A DNA stretch of 64,000 bases from an uncultured Pseudomonadota bacterium. GTDB lineage: Bacteria > Oederibacteriota > Muellerivitia > Muellerivitales > Muellerivitaceae. Location of the stretch: contig CAWIIP010000002.1 of NCBI GenBank assembly GCA_963836235.1, forward strand, positions 1,990,120 through 2,054,119, read 5' to 3'. Below the pieces are notes generated by a model. The model was not told the origin of the DNA, searched no databases, and saw only the letters and a program-made list of their open reading frames with translations. Numbering within the stretch: the stretch's first letter is position 1; each line of letters begins with the position of its first letter. Positions 29,459 through 40,835 of the stretch are shown piece by piece. The translations under genes were made by a program, and so were the position numbers.

Positions 29459-31162
29459 CCCGGATTTCCCAGATGGAATTTCCTTTCGAGTATAATAAGA
29501 CAACGTTTGGCCATATAAACAAAGGTTTTTCTTCGTGTTGGGGAACATGAGAGGGGGAAATGCAATGGGTGAAGGCGGAAAAGACGCTCTTCGGGTGGTT
29601 TTTGATCCTGGCCTCAAGTTGGAGTTCCATGGTGCGAAGGTCACTTCCGATGGCGGGTTGATTCCCTATCGCGAACTCGACGAAGCTTTTGGTTTGACTG
29701 ACAGAACAGAAAACATCCTTTGGGATCGGCGGACCGGTAAGAATACGCAACACACGATGACGGCGCTTCTTCGCCAGTCGGTATTCAGCCGCTTGGCCGG
29801 TTATGAGGATACCAACGACGCAGAACGCCTGAGTGTCGATCCTGCGATGCGGCATGTGATCGGAGGACGGGCCAGGGAAAAACAGGCCGCCTCCACCAGC
29901 CAGATGGGTCGTTTCGAGACGGAGGTCCTCACCCAGTCGAAGAATTTGACCGGCTTAATTGACTTATCGGGCCAATGGATCGATGGAGTCCATGAGAAAA
30001 AGCCCATACAACAGATCATCCTCGACATGGATAGCTCAGTGAGCGAGACCTACGGGGATCAGGAAGGTTCCTTGTACAACGGTTACTTTGGCTGTACCTG
30101 TTACCATCCCCTGTTTTGCTTCAACCAGTTCGGCGATTTGGAACGGGCTATGTTGCGCAACGGCAATGTGGCCAGTGCCCACGAATGGCGTTCGGTTCTT
30201 GAACCGGTAGTTGCCCGCTACCGGGGTCTTTCCATCAGCCGGTTTTTCCGGGGTGACGCGGCTTTCGCCCGTCAGGAACTATACGAATACCTAGAAGACG
30301 AAGGATATCTTTACGCGATCCGCCAACCTGCCAATGCCATACTCCAACGGGAAATCGAGCCATTTTTAACCCGTCCCGTGGGCCGCCCCTCCCACAAGCC
30401 GGTTGTCCGGTTTCACAGCTTCCAATACCAAGCCGTCAGCTGGGACAAACCCCGCCGCGTGGTGGCGAAGATCGAACATCACAACGGGGAATTGTTCCCA
30501 AAGGTGGGTTTCATCGTAACGAACATGCGACGACCGGCACCCCAGGTGGTGAAATTCTACAACGGAAGAGGCACGGCTGAGCAGTGGATCAAAGAGGGAA
30601 AGTATGCGATGAAGTGGACAAGACTAAGCTGCCACGACTTCGCGGACAACCAAGTGCGCTTACAACTATTCGCCCTGGCCTACAATCTGGGCAACTTCCT
30701 GCGCCGACTGGCACTGCCAGAACTGGTGAAACATTGGTCGCTAACGACCTTGAGGGAAAAACTCATCAAGATCGGGGCTAATGTCATCCGTCATTCGCGG
30801 TACGTTATTTTCCAGATGGCGGAGGTGATGGTTTCCCGACGCCTGTTTGCTGAAATCCTCAATCGGATACGGCTACTGGCAATGGTAAGGCCGCGAGCGC
30901 CAGTACTGCGATAACCGCAGGAAGGCATCAAGGCTTCAACCCGAGCGACTACCGCAGGATAGGTGTGCGCTCACAACGAGAATTGGCTTTCCAGAAGGTC
31001 AATTTCAGCTTTTTTGGGCACAGAAACCTTTTCCTGGGGCTTATTTCAGTGGCCCAGGACGGAAAATTCCGGATTCGGATGGAAGAAGCGGGGGGGGGGC
31101 GATATAATGAGAAACAAATTACCCGGCAATGTTTTCAGAGAAGGTCATCTGGGAAATTCCGG
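29459..31162 (+). mobile_element. IS1380-family insertion sequence (1704 bp)
   Basis: 17-bp imperfect TIRs: CCCGGATTTCCCAGATG (29459) and the reverse complement CCGGAATTTCCCAGATG (31146-31162). TTTAC direct repeat at 29454-29458 and 31163-31167. Confidence 0.92.
29565..30914 (+). CDS. IS1380-family DDE transposase
   Basis: TSDGGL, LAGYED.ND, LDMDSS, RGDAAF, YNGRG.AEQWIKEGK, N.VRLQL..LAYNL. Confidence 0.93.
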   Translation: MGEGGKDALRVVFDPGLKLEFHGAKVTSDGGLIPYRELDEAFGLTDRTENILWDRRTGKNTQHTMTALLRQSVFSRLAGYEDTNDAERLSVDPAMRHVIGGRAREKQAASTSQMGRFETEVLTQSKNLTGLIDLSGQWIDGVHEKKPIQQIILDMDSSVSETYGDQEGSLYNGYFGCTCYHPLFCFNQFGDLERAMLRNGNVASAHEWRSVLEPVVARYRGLSISRFFRGDAAFARQELYEYLEDEGYLYAIRQPANAILQREIEPFLTRPVGRPSHKPVVRFHSFQYQAVSWDKPRRVVAKIEHHNGELFPKVGFIVTNMRRPAPQVVKFYNGRGTAEQWIKEGKYAMKWTRLSCHDFADNQVRLQLFALAYNLGNFLRRLALPELVKHWSLTTLREKLIKIGANVIRHSRYVIFQMAEVMVSRRLFAEILNRIRLLAMVRPRAPVLR

Positions 31163-31163
31163 T

Positions 31164-32522
31164 TTACTCCCCCAGCTTGTGAAGGGTATCGAAAGAGTAA
31201 AGGCCGGTGCCGTGGCCGTCGGACCATTGGAAATGCAGGGCATAGCGGCCCACCGGGGCCACGCCCATGATGCGGACTTCCGGGTCGACGGATTCCAAAC
31301 TAAGCGTGCGTTCGCCGGTCAACTCGTTCACGCATTGGGCGCAGGGGCACATGCTGCGCAGGTAACGGTTGGGGTAGCGCGCGATCTTGCCGTCGTCCCA
31401 GGTGATGACCGTCAAGTGGGGGTCCTTGGTGTCCACTTCCTTCGGGCGGTTAGAGACCTTGCTGGTGGCGTTGTTGATGATGGAAAGCTGGGAGGCCATC
31501 TGCTTGGCCATCAGCTCGTAAGCCTTTCCTGCGGGCGTGTCGGGGTGGGCGGCCACGGTGGGCACGCCGTAATCCCCGTCGGCGGCAATAATGGGTTCCA
31601 AGGGAACCTCGCCGAGAAAGGGAACCACTAGTTCTTCCGACATCTTTTTCCCGCCGCCTTTTTTGAAAATATAGGTCGTCTCATGGCAATGCTCGCACAC
31701 AAAACCGCTCATGTTTTCCACGATGCCGATAATAGGAACTTGGAGCTGTTGGAACATGCGCAGGCCCTTCTGGGTGATAGTGCGGGCCACATCCTGGGGG
31801 GTGGTGACGATGATAGCCCCCGCCAGGGGAACGGATTGGGTCAAGGTCAGCTGGATGTCCCCGGTGCCGGGGGGCAGGTCGATCAAAAGATAATCCAGGG
31901 CACCCCATTCCACGCCGCCTAAGAACTGCTGGACCAGCTTGCTGGCCATGGGCCCGCGCCAAATCAGGGCGGTGTCCGATTCCTGTTGCAGCATCCCGAT
32001 GGACATGAATTTAATGCCGTGCTTCTCAAAGGGAATCATCTTTTTGGAAAGGGGGTCGGTGGCGGGCTGTTGTCCGACCACGCCCAACATGCGGGGAATC
32101 GACGGGCCATAGACGTCGGCGTCCATCAGTCCCACGGCCGCACCGGTTTTGGCCAGGGCCAGGGCCAGGTTGGCGGAGACGGTGCTTTTTCCCACGCCGC
32201 CCTTGCCGGAGGCGACGGCTATGAGGTTTTTGACGGTGGGCATGTTGAGGTTCTTGATGCCCGTCGGGGCCTGCCGCACGTTGGAGGTCATGGTGACTTC
32301 CACGCCGGTGACTCCCGCGATTTTTTTCACTTCCTCGGCGGCCTGGGTCTTGAACATGTCCTTCACCGGGCAGGCGGGGGTCGTCAGCTCGATCTCGAAG
32401 CTCACCTTGCCCGCGTCGATTTTCATGTTCTTGATGAATCCCAAGGACACGATGTCCTGGTGCAGGTCGGGGTCCTTGATGACCTTGAGGGCGTCGAGAA
32501 CATTCTGTTCGTTTAAACTCAT
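31164..32522 (-). CDS. mrp: Mrp/ApbC Fe-S carrier ATPase with DUF59 N-domain and DUF971 C-domain (HCF101-like architecture)
   Basis: DPDL...LTTPACP; SGKGGVGKST; DLPPGTGD; ENMS..CEHC; C-terminal LR..CPCA.C...VGRYAL...WSDGH.TG.YSF. Confidence 0.9.
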   Translation of the reverse strand: MSLNEQNVLDALKVIKDPDLHQDIVSLGFIKNMKIDAGKVSFEIELTTPACPVKDMFKTQAAEEVKKIAGVTGVEVTMTSNVRQAPTGIKNLNMPTVKNLIAVASGKGGVGKSTVSANLALALAKTGAAVGLMDADVYGPSIPRMLGVVGQQPATDPLSKKMIPFEKHGIKFMSIGMLQQESDTALIWRGPMASKLVQQFLGGVEWGALDYLLIDLPPGTGDIQLTLTQSVPLAGAIIVTTPQDVARTITQKGLRMFQQLQVPIIGIVENMSGFVCEHCHETTYIFKKGGGKKMSEELVVPFLGEVPLEPIIAADGDYGVPTVAAHPDTPAGKAYELMAKQMASQLSIINNATSKVSNRPKEVDTKDPHLTVITWDDGKIARYPNRYLRSMCPCAQCVNELTGERTLSLESVDPEVRIMGVAPVGRYALHFQWSDGHGTGLYSFDTLHKLGE

Positions 32523-32807
32523 GGGGGCGGCTCCTTGTTTGGGTGACGGTATAAAATCGAGTTTTGTCGTGGAAAATACAAGGCGGCTTTTGTTTTACTT
32601 CGGGCCTTTGCCCGCCTTGGAATGAGGCGCTATTGTGCCATTGGATTTTGATTCGGAAAAGTTATATTTTCCCCCGGAATTACGTTAAAATAACCCGGTC
32701 GATTCTTTCGCCCTCTTTTTCAAATAGGGTGCTTTTCCTTGGCCTTTCCCTTCGGAAAGGAATTCCCGGCCCGACAAGGGCCCGCGTAACACAGGTCCAA
32801 TTAATAT

Positions 32808-35309
32808 ATGAAAGCTGTCATCATGGCCGGCGGGTTCGGCACCCGCATGCGCCCCCTCACCATCAACCTTCCCAAACCCATGATTCCCATGGTCAACCGT
32901 CCCATCCTGGAACTCATCGTGGACCTGCTGAAGAAGCATAAACTCACCGACATGATCAGCGTGGTTTTTTACCAGCCGGAAGTCATCACCGAGTATTTCC
33001 GCGACGGCGCCGATTTCGGCGTTCTGATGCAATACAAGGCCGCCGAGAGCGACCTGGGCACGGCGGGTTCGGTGAAGAACTGCCAGTCCATGATCGGTAA
33101 GGAAAGGTTCGTCGTCATCTCCGGCGACGTGCTGACGGATTTCGATTTGAGCGCCGCCATCAAGTTCCACGAGCAAAATAAGGCCAAGGCGACCATGATC
33201 CTCACCCGGGTGGAAAACCCGCTGGCCTTCGGCGTGGTCATCACGGGCAAAGACGGCAAGATCGAGCGGTTCCTGGAAAAGCCCACCTGGGGTGAGGTTT
33301 TCTCCGACACCGTCAACACGGGCATTTATATCCTGGAGCCCGAAGTGCTCGACCTGATCCCCGAAAAAACCGAATTCGATTTTTCCAAGAACCTTTTTCC
33401 CCACATGCTCAAGGAAGGCATGCCGCTTTACGGCTACATCGCCCAAGGTTATTGGGCCGACATCGGCAACCTGGACCAGTACCGTCTGGCCCACCAGGAC
33501 GTCTTCGCGGGCAAGGTGGAAGTGGATATTCCCGGAACCCGGCAGAACAAGGTCGGCAAGGAAATCTGGGCGGGCAAGGGTTCCTTCATCGATCCCTCGG
33601 CACAGCTTTCGGGGACCGTCGTCATCGGCGACAACTGCAACATCGGCAAGAACGCCAAGGTGACCAACTCGGTCATGGGCGACGGCTGCCAGATCCAAGA
33701 AGGTTCGGTCCTCATCAACGCCACCCTTTGGCGAAACGTCTTGATCGGCGCCGAGGCGCAGGTGAGGGAATGCGTCATCGCTTCCGGCACCGACGTGCAG
33801 GAAAAGGCCAGCATCTTCGAGGGCGTCATCATTTCGGACAATTGCACCATCGGCAAGGAAGCGGTGGTCAAGGCCGGCGTCAAGGTTTGGCCAAACAAGG
33901 TGGTCGAGGACGGCGCGCAGCTTTCCGCCTCGCTCATTTGGGGGGACAAGTGGGCCCGGTCCATCTTTGGACAGCACGGCGTCACCGGCATGGCGGGCAT
34001 CGACATCACTCCCGAATTCGCCGCCAAACTGGGCGCGGCCTATGGGGCCTCTCTGCCTAAAGGCTCGACGGTCCTGACCGCCCGCGACATCCACAAAACC
34101 AGCCGCATGATCAACCGTGCGCTCATTTCCGGCATCCTCTCCTCGGGCGTCAATGTGCATGACCTGCAGGAAATGCCCATCTCGGTTTCCCGTTATGCCG
34201 TGCCGAAACTTTCGGACGCGGGCGGGCTTCACACCCGCAAGAGTCCCTTCGACAAGCAGTTCGTGGACATCAAGTTTTTCGAGGGCCGAGGGCTGGCCCT
34301 TTCCTCCGGCAAGGAAAAGGGCATCGAGAACCTTTTCTACCGCGAGGATTTTCGTCGGGCCACCATGGAAGAAACGGGCGAGCTGGTTTTCCCCCACCGC
34401 ATGCTGGAGTTCTACCACGAGGGCTTCCTGGAAGCGTTGAATACCAAGGCGATCAGCGAACATAAGCCCAAGGTAGTTATCGACTACGCCTTCTCAGCGG
34501 CTTCCCCCATCTTTCCCATGCTTTTGGGCAAGCTGGGCTGCGAGGTCGTGGCTTTGAACGCTTATATGGACGAGACCAAACTGACCAAGACGCCTGAGGA
34601 GTTCCAGGCCGCCCTCAAACAGCTATCGGATATCGTGCCCACTTTGAAGGCCCATTTTGGGGTCATGTTCGACGCGGGAGCGGAAAAGATTTTCGTGGTG
34701 GACGAGAAAGGGCATCTGTTGGACGGGACGGAACTATTGGCCCTTTTCTCCCTCTATACCTATCGCCATCACAAGGGGGCCAAGACGGTGGTTCCGGTCA
34801 ACAGTTCCCATATCCTGGACGACTTAGCCAAGGCCAACGGCGGCAAGCTCCAACGTACCCGTATCAGCTATTATTCCCTTATGGAAGCCGCCACTCAGAA
34901 GGATGTCACTTTCGTGGGCGAATCCGACGGGGGCTTTATTTTCCCCTCTTTCGCGCCCTTTATGGACGCCATGATGTCCACGGCCAAGCTAATGGAATTC
35001 ATCGCGCTCGAAGGCAAACCCATCTCCCATTACCTGGAACAGATCCCCAAGAAAAGCCAGGTCAGCCAGAAGGTTCCCTGTTCCTGGGAAATGAAGGGGA
35101 CCATCATGCGCCATCTCATCGAGGACACCGCCGATCTCAAGCGTGACCTGATCGACGGGGTTAAGATCAGCCAGAACGGCTCCTCCGTCATGATCCTGCC
35201 GGACGCCGACATGGCTCTCTTCCACGTCACCGCCGAGGCCGAAAACGAGAAAAAGGCGCAGGAACTGGTGACCACCTACGTGGACAAGATCAAGAAGTGG
35301 CAAGGATAA
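32808..35309 (+). CDS. Mannose-1-phosphate guanylyltransferase with LbH domain and PMM/PGM-like C-terminal region
   Basis: MAGGFGTRMRPLT..PKP, LGTAGSV, EKP, hexapeptide repeats, then FG..GV.G...ITPEFA.KLG. Confidence 0.9.
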   Translation: MKAVIMAGGFGTRMRPLTINLPKPMIPMVNRPILELIVDLLKKHKLTDMISVVFYQPEVITEYFRDGADFGVLMQYKAAESDLGTAGSVKNCQSMIGKERFVVISGDVLTDFDLSAAIKFHEQNKAKATMILTRVENPLAFGVVITGKDGKIERFLEKPTWGEVFSDTVNTGIYILEPEVLDLIPEKTEFDFSKNLFPHMLKEGMPLYGYIAQGYWADIGNLDQYRLAHQDVFAGKVEVDIPGTRQNKVGKEIWAGKGSFIDPSAQLSGTVVIGDNCNIGKNAKVTNSVMGDGCQIQEGSVLINATLWRNVLIGAEAQVRECVIASGTDVQEKASIFEGVIISDNCTIGKEAVVKAGVKVWPNKVVEDGAQLSASLIWGDKWARSIFGQHGVTGMAGIDITPEFAAKLGAAYGASLPKGSTVLTARDIHKTSRMINRALISGILSSGVNVHDLQEMPISVSRYAVPKLSDAGGLHTRKSPFDKQFVDIKFFEGRGLALSSGKEKGIENLFYREDFRRATMEETGELVFPHRMLEFYHEGFLEALNTKAISEHKPKVVIDYAFSAASPIFPMLLGKLGCEVVALNAYMDETKLTKTPEEFQAALKQLSDIVPTLKAHFGVMFDAGAEKIFVVDEKGHLLDGTELLALFSLYTYRHHKGAKTVVPVNSSHILDDLAKANGGKLQRTRISYYSLMEAATQKDVTFVGESDGGFIFPSFAPFMDAMMSTAKLMEFIALEGKPISHYLEQIPKKSQVSQKVPCSWEMKGTIMRHLIEDTADLKRDLIDGVKISQNGSSVMILPDADMALFHVTAEAENEKKAQELVTTYVDKIKKWQG

Positions 35310-35690
35310 ATGAAAAGAAGCTTTGAGAACAAAAAGGTTGATCGATATTCAAGCGTCACCGTTTTGACGGACGGTGTTATTAAGAGACCGAAAGACAAAC
35401 TCGAGACTTTGTTTCGAATCTTAGCCGGGTTGGTTTCCCTTTTGTCCTTTTTCCCATTGGCATATGACATCTTTTCCAAGGATCGGTCCGATCTTTGGAC
35501 TGCGGCATTTTTATTTCTCATGGGTGGAGCTCCAGCTTTTATGTTTGCCAGATGGGGAAATTTGATGTTTGCCTCTAGCCCCGTCTACGGCCGAAAAGTT
35601 TCTTCTGGGATGGTTTGGTTGGCGGTCTTCTTAACCTTGATGTTTTTTTGTGTTCCCGCCTTTTGGTATATCTTTATTTCAAAGCATTAA
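35310..35690 (+). CDS. Hypothetical membrane protein (3 TM)
   Basis: Starts immediately after the upstream stop; hydrophobic segments. Confidence 0.55.
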   Translation: MKRSFENKKVDRYSSVTVLTDGVIKRPKDKLETLFRILAGLVSLLSFFPLAYDIFSKDRSDLWTAAFLFLMGGAPAFMFARWGNLMFASSPVYGRKVSSGMVWLAVFLTLMFFCVPAFWYIFISKH

Positions 35691-35785
35691 TCCTGACACT
35701 TCTTTCCAGGGTTTTAATGCCGGCGGTTCCAAAGGCTGGGTGTTTTTTAAAGGAACTATACACTTGGGGTACTTTACAAAATAAA

Positions 35786-35876
35786 CCCTCGCCCCTTGCG
35801 GGAGAGGGTAGGGTGAGGGGTGTTGAAGACTGTCGAAACCACCTTCATCCCGTTCTTCTCCCGTCAAGGGAGAAGG
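35786..35876. repeat. REP-like doublet (CCCTCgCCC..GCGGGAGAGGG type)
   Basis: CCCTCGCCCCTTGCGGGAGAGGGTAGGGTGAGGGG and a degenerate inverted copy ending TTCTCCCGTCAAGGGAGAAGG. Confidence 0.65.
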
Positions 35877-36004
35877 TGAAAGCAACTACGAATCGACTTT
35901 TACTTTGAGTGATGACGTCAAAGCCTTAGTTTCGTTTTTTAATTAGCCATCAGTCTAATGTTGGTTCTGACCGATTCCACAAAAGCTGGCCCAAAGGATG
36001 TTGG

Positions 36005-36940
36005 ATGGCTTTTGAACCCGTCAATCCCCAGGCCTCGCCCGAGGCCCGCCGGCTTTTGGAGTTCCTCTACTCCCTCTCCGGCAAAAGGACACTGTCGGGC
36101 CAGCATAATTACCCGGGGTCCCATTCCGGGTATTCCAACCGGGCCCAGGAGATCACCGTCCGCCGCCCGGCCCTTTGGGGGCAGGATTTCGGGTTTACGG
36201 TGCAGGGCAAGGACAGCATCCTTCACCGCGCCTCCAACCTCCAGGAAGCCCTTCGGCAGCACCGGGAAGGGTCCATCATCACCCTCATGTGGCACGCGGT
36301 CAGGCCCTTGGACGACGAGCCTCATGGATGGAAGGAAAGCGTCCAGAACCGTTTGACCGACGCCGAGTGGAAAGAACTGATCACGCCCGGAACCGCGCTC
36401 CACCAACGCTGGCTGGGGCAGTTGGAAGTGGTGGCCGGGTATCTCACCTCGTTGCGCGACGCCCGAGTCCCCGTCCTTTGGCGGCCCTATCACGAGGGGA
36501 ATGGCGACTGGTTTTGGTGGGGTTTTCGGCCCGGTCCCCAAGGCACCCAGGCGCTTTACCGCCTGATGTTCGAGGTTTTCACCCAGCGCTACGGCCTCAA
36601 CAACCTCCTGTGGGTTTGGAACGCCAATAAGATGAACTATGACGCCCAGAACACGGGCCCCTACCGGGATTATTACCCGGGCCACGCTTACGTGGATATC
36701 CTCGCCACGGACATCTACCACGCTGACTATCAGGACCGGCACTATGAGGAACTTCAGGAGGTAGCGGAGGGAAGGCCCGTGGCCTTGGGCGAGATAGGCG
36801 CCGTTCCCGATCCCGCCCTCTTCGACCGCCAGCCGGGATGGGCCTGGTTTATGATCTGGCCCGATTTTCTGGACGCAACCAACAGCCACGAGTCCATCCG
36901 CGCGCTTTATCAGGCCCCCCGGGTTCTACACGCGCCCTAA
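36005..36940 (+). CDS. Glycoside hydrolase family 26 (beta-mannanase-like), no signal peptide
   Basis: VLWRPYHEGNGDWFWWG (acid/base Glu), YYPG..YVDI, ALGEIG (nucleophile). Confidence 0.9.
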   Translation: MAFEPVNPQASPEARRLLEFLYSLSGKRTLSGQHNYPGSHSGYSNRAQEITVRRPALWGQDFGFTVQGKDSILHRASNLQEALRQHREGSIITLMWHAVRPLDDEPHGWKESVQNRLTDAEWKELITPGTALHQRWLGQLEVVAGYLTSLRDARVPVLWRPYHEGNGDWFWWGFRPGPQGTQALYRLMFEVFTQRYGLNNLLWVWNANKMNYDAQNTGPYRDYYPGHAYVDILATDIYHADYQDRHYEELQEVAEGRPVALGEIGAVPDPALFDRQPGWAWFMIWPDFLDATNSHESIRALYQAPRVLHAP

Positions 36941-36996
36941 CCTGGATATCGGATATTTACCGGACGTCGGGCCACGGATACCGGATATTTATAGGA

Positions 36997-37019
36997 CCCT
37001 TCGATAAGCTCAGGGCAGG
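36997..37019 (+). repeat. Short REP-like unit (TTCGAyAAGCTCA type)
   Basis: CCCTTCGATAAGCTCAGGGCAGG; a related inverted copy lies at 57081-57103. Confidence 0.6.
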
Positions 37020-37117
37020 TCATGGGCTCAAGGCGGGACCCCCGGACAACCCCATATCGGCCAAAGTGGCCGAAAGCCGGGTGGAGTTTGGCCGATAGGT
37101 GAAAAGCTTTCTTATTC

Positions 37118-38944
<1,827 letters not shown>

Positions 38945-38954
38945 AAAGGCCATT

Positions 38955-39153
38955 TGAACCACGAAGGCACAAAGGGCACCATGCCGACCTTCCATAAATC
39001 TTTCAAAGAGGTCGGTATAGTACCGATTTCAATTTTTTCTTTATTCATTGAAAATTGGCACAAGAATGGCAAAAAGCAAAGATGTTTGATTAAGGCTTTA
39101 AAATTAATCTTTAATTCTGGTCTTTCTTAGTGCCCTTGTGCCTTCGTGGTTCA
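38955..39153. repeat. ~24-bp inverted repeats flanking an AT-rich spacer (REP/MITE-like)
   Basis: TGAACCACGAAGGCACAAAGGGCAC (38955-38979) and GTGCCCTTGTGCCTTCGTGGTTCA (39130-39153). Confidence 0.7.
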
Positions 39154-39295
39154 TGAATTTTTGTTAGGGTTTCTAAGTTGTCAACATGATAACGGCTCAT
39201 CTGAACCGGTACTAGGGGTTAAAAGCGTTGCACTGATAAACCTTTTTCCGTAAACTTGCCGCTCGCTTCATCCAGCAAAACAAAGGAACCTTGCC

Positions 39296-40720
39296 TTGGC
39301 TAAGATTACCTTCGGAACATCCGGTTGGCGCGCGATATTGGCGGACGATTTCACCTTCGCCAACGTGAAGATCGCCGTGGCGGCCATCGCCCAGCACCTC
39401 CAGCAGACGGGGGAGGCTTCCAAGGGCGTGGTAGTGGCGGGGGATTACCGGTTTCTTTCCGAAGAGTTCATGAAGATCACCGCCCAGGTTCTGGCGGGTT
39501 ACGGCATTACCTCCTATATGTGCCCGGTGGGAACCCCCACCCCGACCGTTTCCTACGAGTTGATCCGCCGCAAAACCGCGGGCTCCATCAACTTCACCGC
39601 CAGCCATAATCCGGCCCAATACCAGGGCTTAAAATTTAACGGTTCGGACGGCGGGCCGGCTTCGGTCCAAGTGACCATGTCCCTTGAATCATTGGTGGAG
39701 AGTATTGCTTCCAAGGGGGTCAAAATCCCTGAACTCCCCTATGCCCAAGCTGAGGAAAAGGGCCTGGTGGTTTCGATTGATCCGAAAGAACACTATTTCG
39801 AACGCATCCGGGAATTGGTGCGGTTTGACGTTCTTAAGAAAGCCCATTTAAGAATTGTGATCGACCTGATGCACGGCAATGGCGCGGGATACCTGGACAC
39901 CCTTTTACAGGAAGCGGGCGTCAACCTGAAAGTCCTGCACAGCAATCGGGACCCCCTCTTCGGAGGGCACCGTCCCGAGCCGGGAAGCGAGGAACTGGCG
40001 GAAGCCGTCCATCTGGTGAAAACCTGGCCTGCCCATTTAGGGCTCGCCAACGACGGGGACGCGGACCGGTTTGGCATCATCGACGCGGACGGCACTTATA
40101 TTTCCCCCAACGAGGTAGTGGCCATTCTTTTTGAACATCTTTTGAATACCCGTGATTGGAAGGGATGCGTGGTCCGCACCGTGCCGACCACCCATCTCAT
40201 TGACGCCATCGCCAAGGCCCACAACGTTCCCCTTAAAGAGACGCCCGTGGGCTTCAAGTACATCGCCGAGATCATGGCGAAAGAGCCCATTATTATCGGC
40301 GGCGAGGAATCGGGCGGCCTGACGATCCATGGGCATGTGCCCGAAAAGGACGGGATTTTGGCCTGCCTCCTCATGGCCGAAGTGGTGGCGCAGGAGGGAA
40401 AAAATCTTTCCGCGGTGTTGAAGGGCCTCTATCAGCAATATGGCGGCTATTACACCGACCGGTTGAATTTGAAGTTGAAGGACGGGCTGAAGGAAGTCAT
40501 GACGGCCCGGCTGAAGGACCACCCGCCCACGGAAATCGCCGGCCAAAAAGTCACCGACATCGTCCGCAAGGACGGGACCCAATTCATCCTCGCCAGCGGG
40601 GAATGGCTGATGGTGCGCTTTTCCGGCACCGAACCCATTATGCGATGCTACCTGGAAGCCCGTTCGCTCGAGAATTTGGAGAAACTGCGCGTGGCGGGCA
40701 GGGAATTGACGCAGGTCTAA
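39296..40720 (+). CDS. Phosphoglucomutase/phosphomannomutase
   Basis: FGTSGWR, TASHNP, DGDADR, GGEESGG, RFSGTEP. Confidence 0.95.
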   Translation: MAKITFGTSGWRAILADDFTFANVKIAVAAIAQHLQQTGEASKGVVVAGDYRFLSEEFMKITAQVLAGYGITSYMCPVGTPTPTVSYELIRRKTAGSINFTASHNPAQYQGLKFNGSDGGPASVQVTMSLESLVESIASKGVKIPELPYAQAEEKGLVVSIDPKEHYFERIRELVRFDVLKKAHLRIVIDLMHGNGAGYLDTLLQEAGVNLKVLHSNRDPLFGGHRPEPGSEELAEAVHLVKTWPAHLGLANDGDADRFGIIDADGTYISPNEVVAILFEHLLNTRDWKGCVVRTVPTTHLIDAIAKAHNVPLKETPVGFKYIAEIMAKEPIIIGGEESGGLTIHGHVPEKDGILACLLMAEVVAQEGKNLSAVLKGLYQQYGGYYTDRLNLKLKDGLKEVMTARLKDHPPTEIAGQKVTDIVRKDGTQFILASGEWLMVRFSGTEPIMRCYLEARSLENLEKLRVAGRELTQV

Positions 40721-40835
40721 AGCCGGAAACAAAGGCGGTTCAACATTTTGTTCTTCCTTCCCATGTTATTCCCTTCTTTTTGCGATAAACTAGGTCAATG
40801 TTGTCCGATTACCTCTTGCAAAGAGAGGCTTTTCC

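Noticed and set aside
30963-31631. Second IS ORF or passenger gene
   Set aside because: It crosses the IS end into the antisense of mrp and has no recognisable motif.
32685-34463. 592-aa antisense ORF (also 50170-51354, 53251-54273, 55498-56442, 35939-36889)
   Set aside because: Shadow ORFs produced by GC-rich codon bias opposite well-supported genes.
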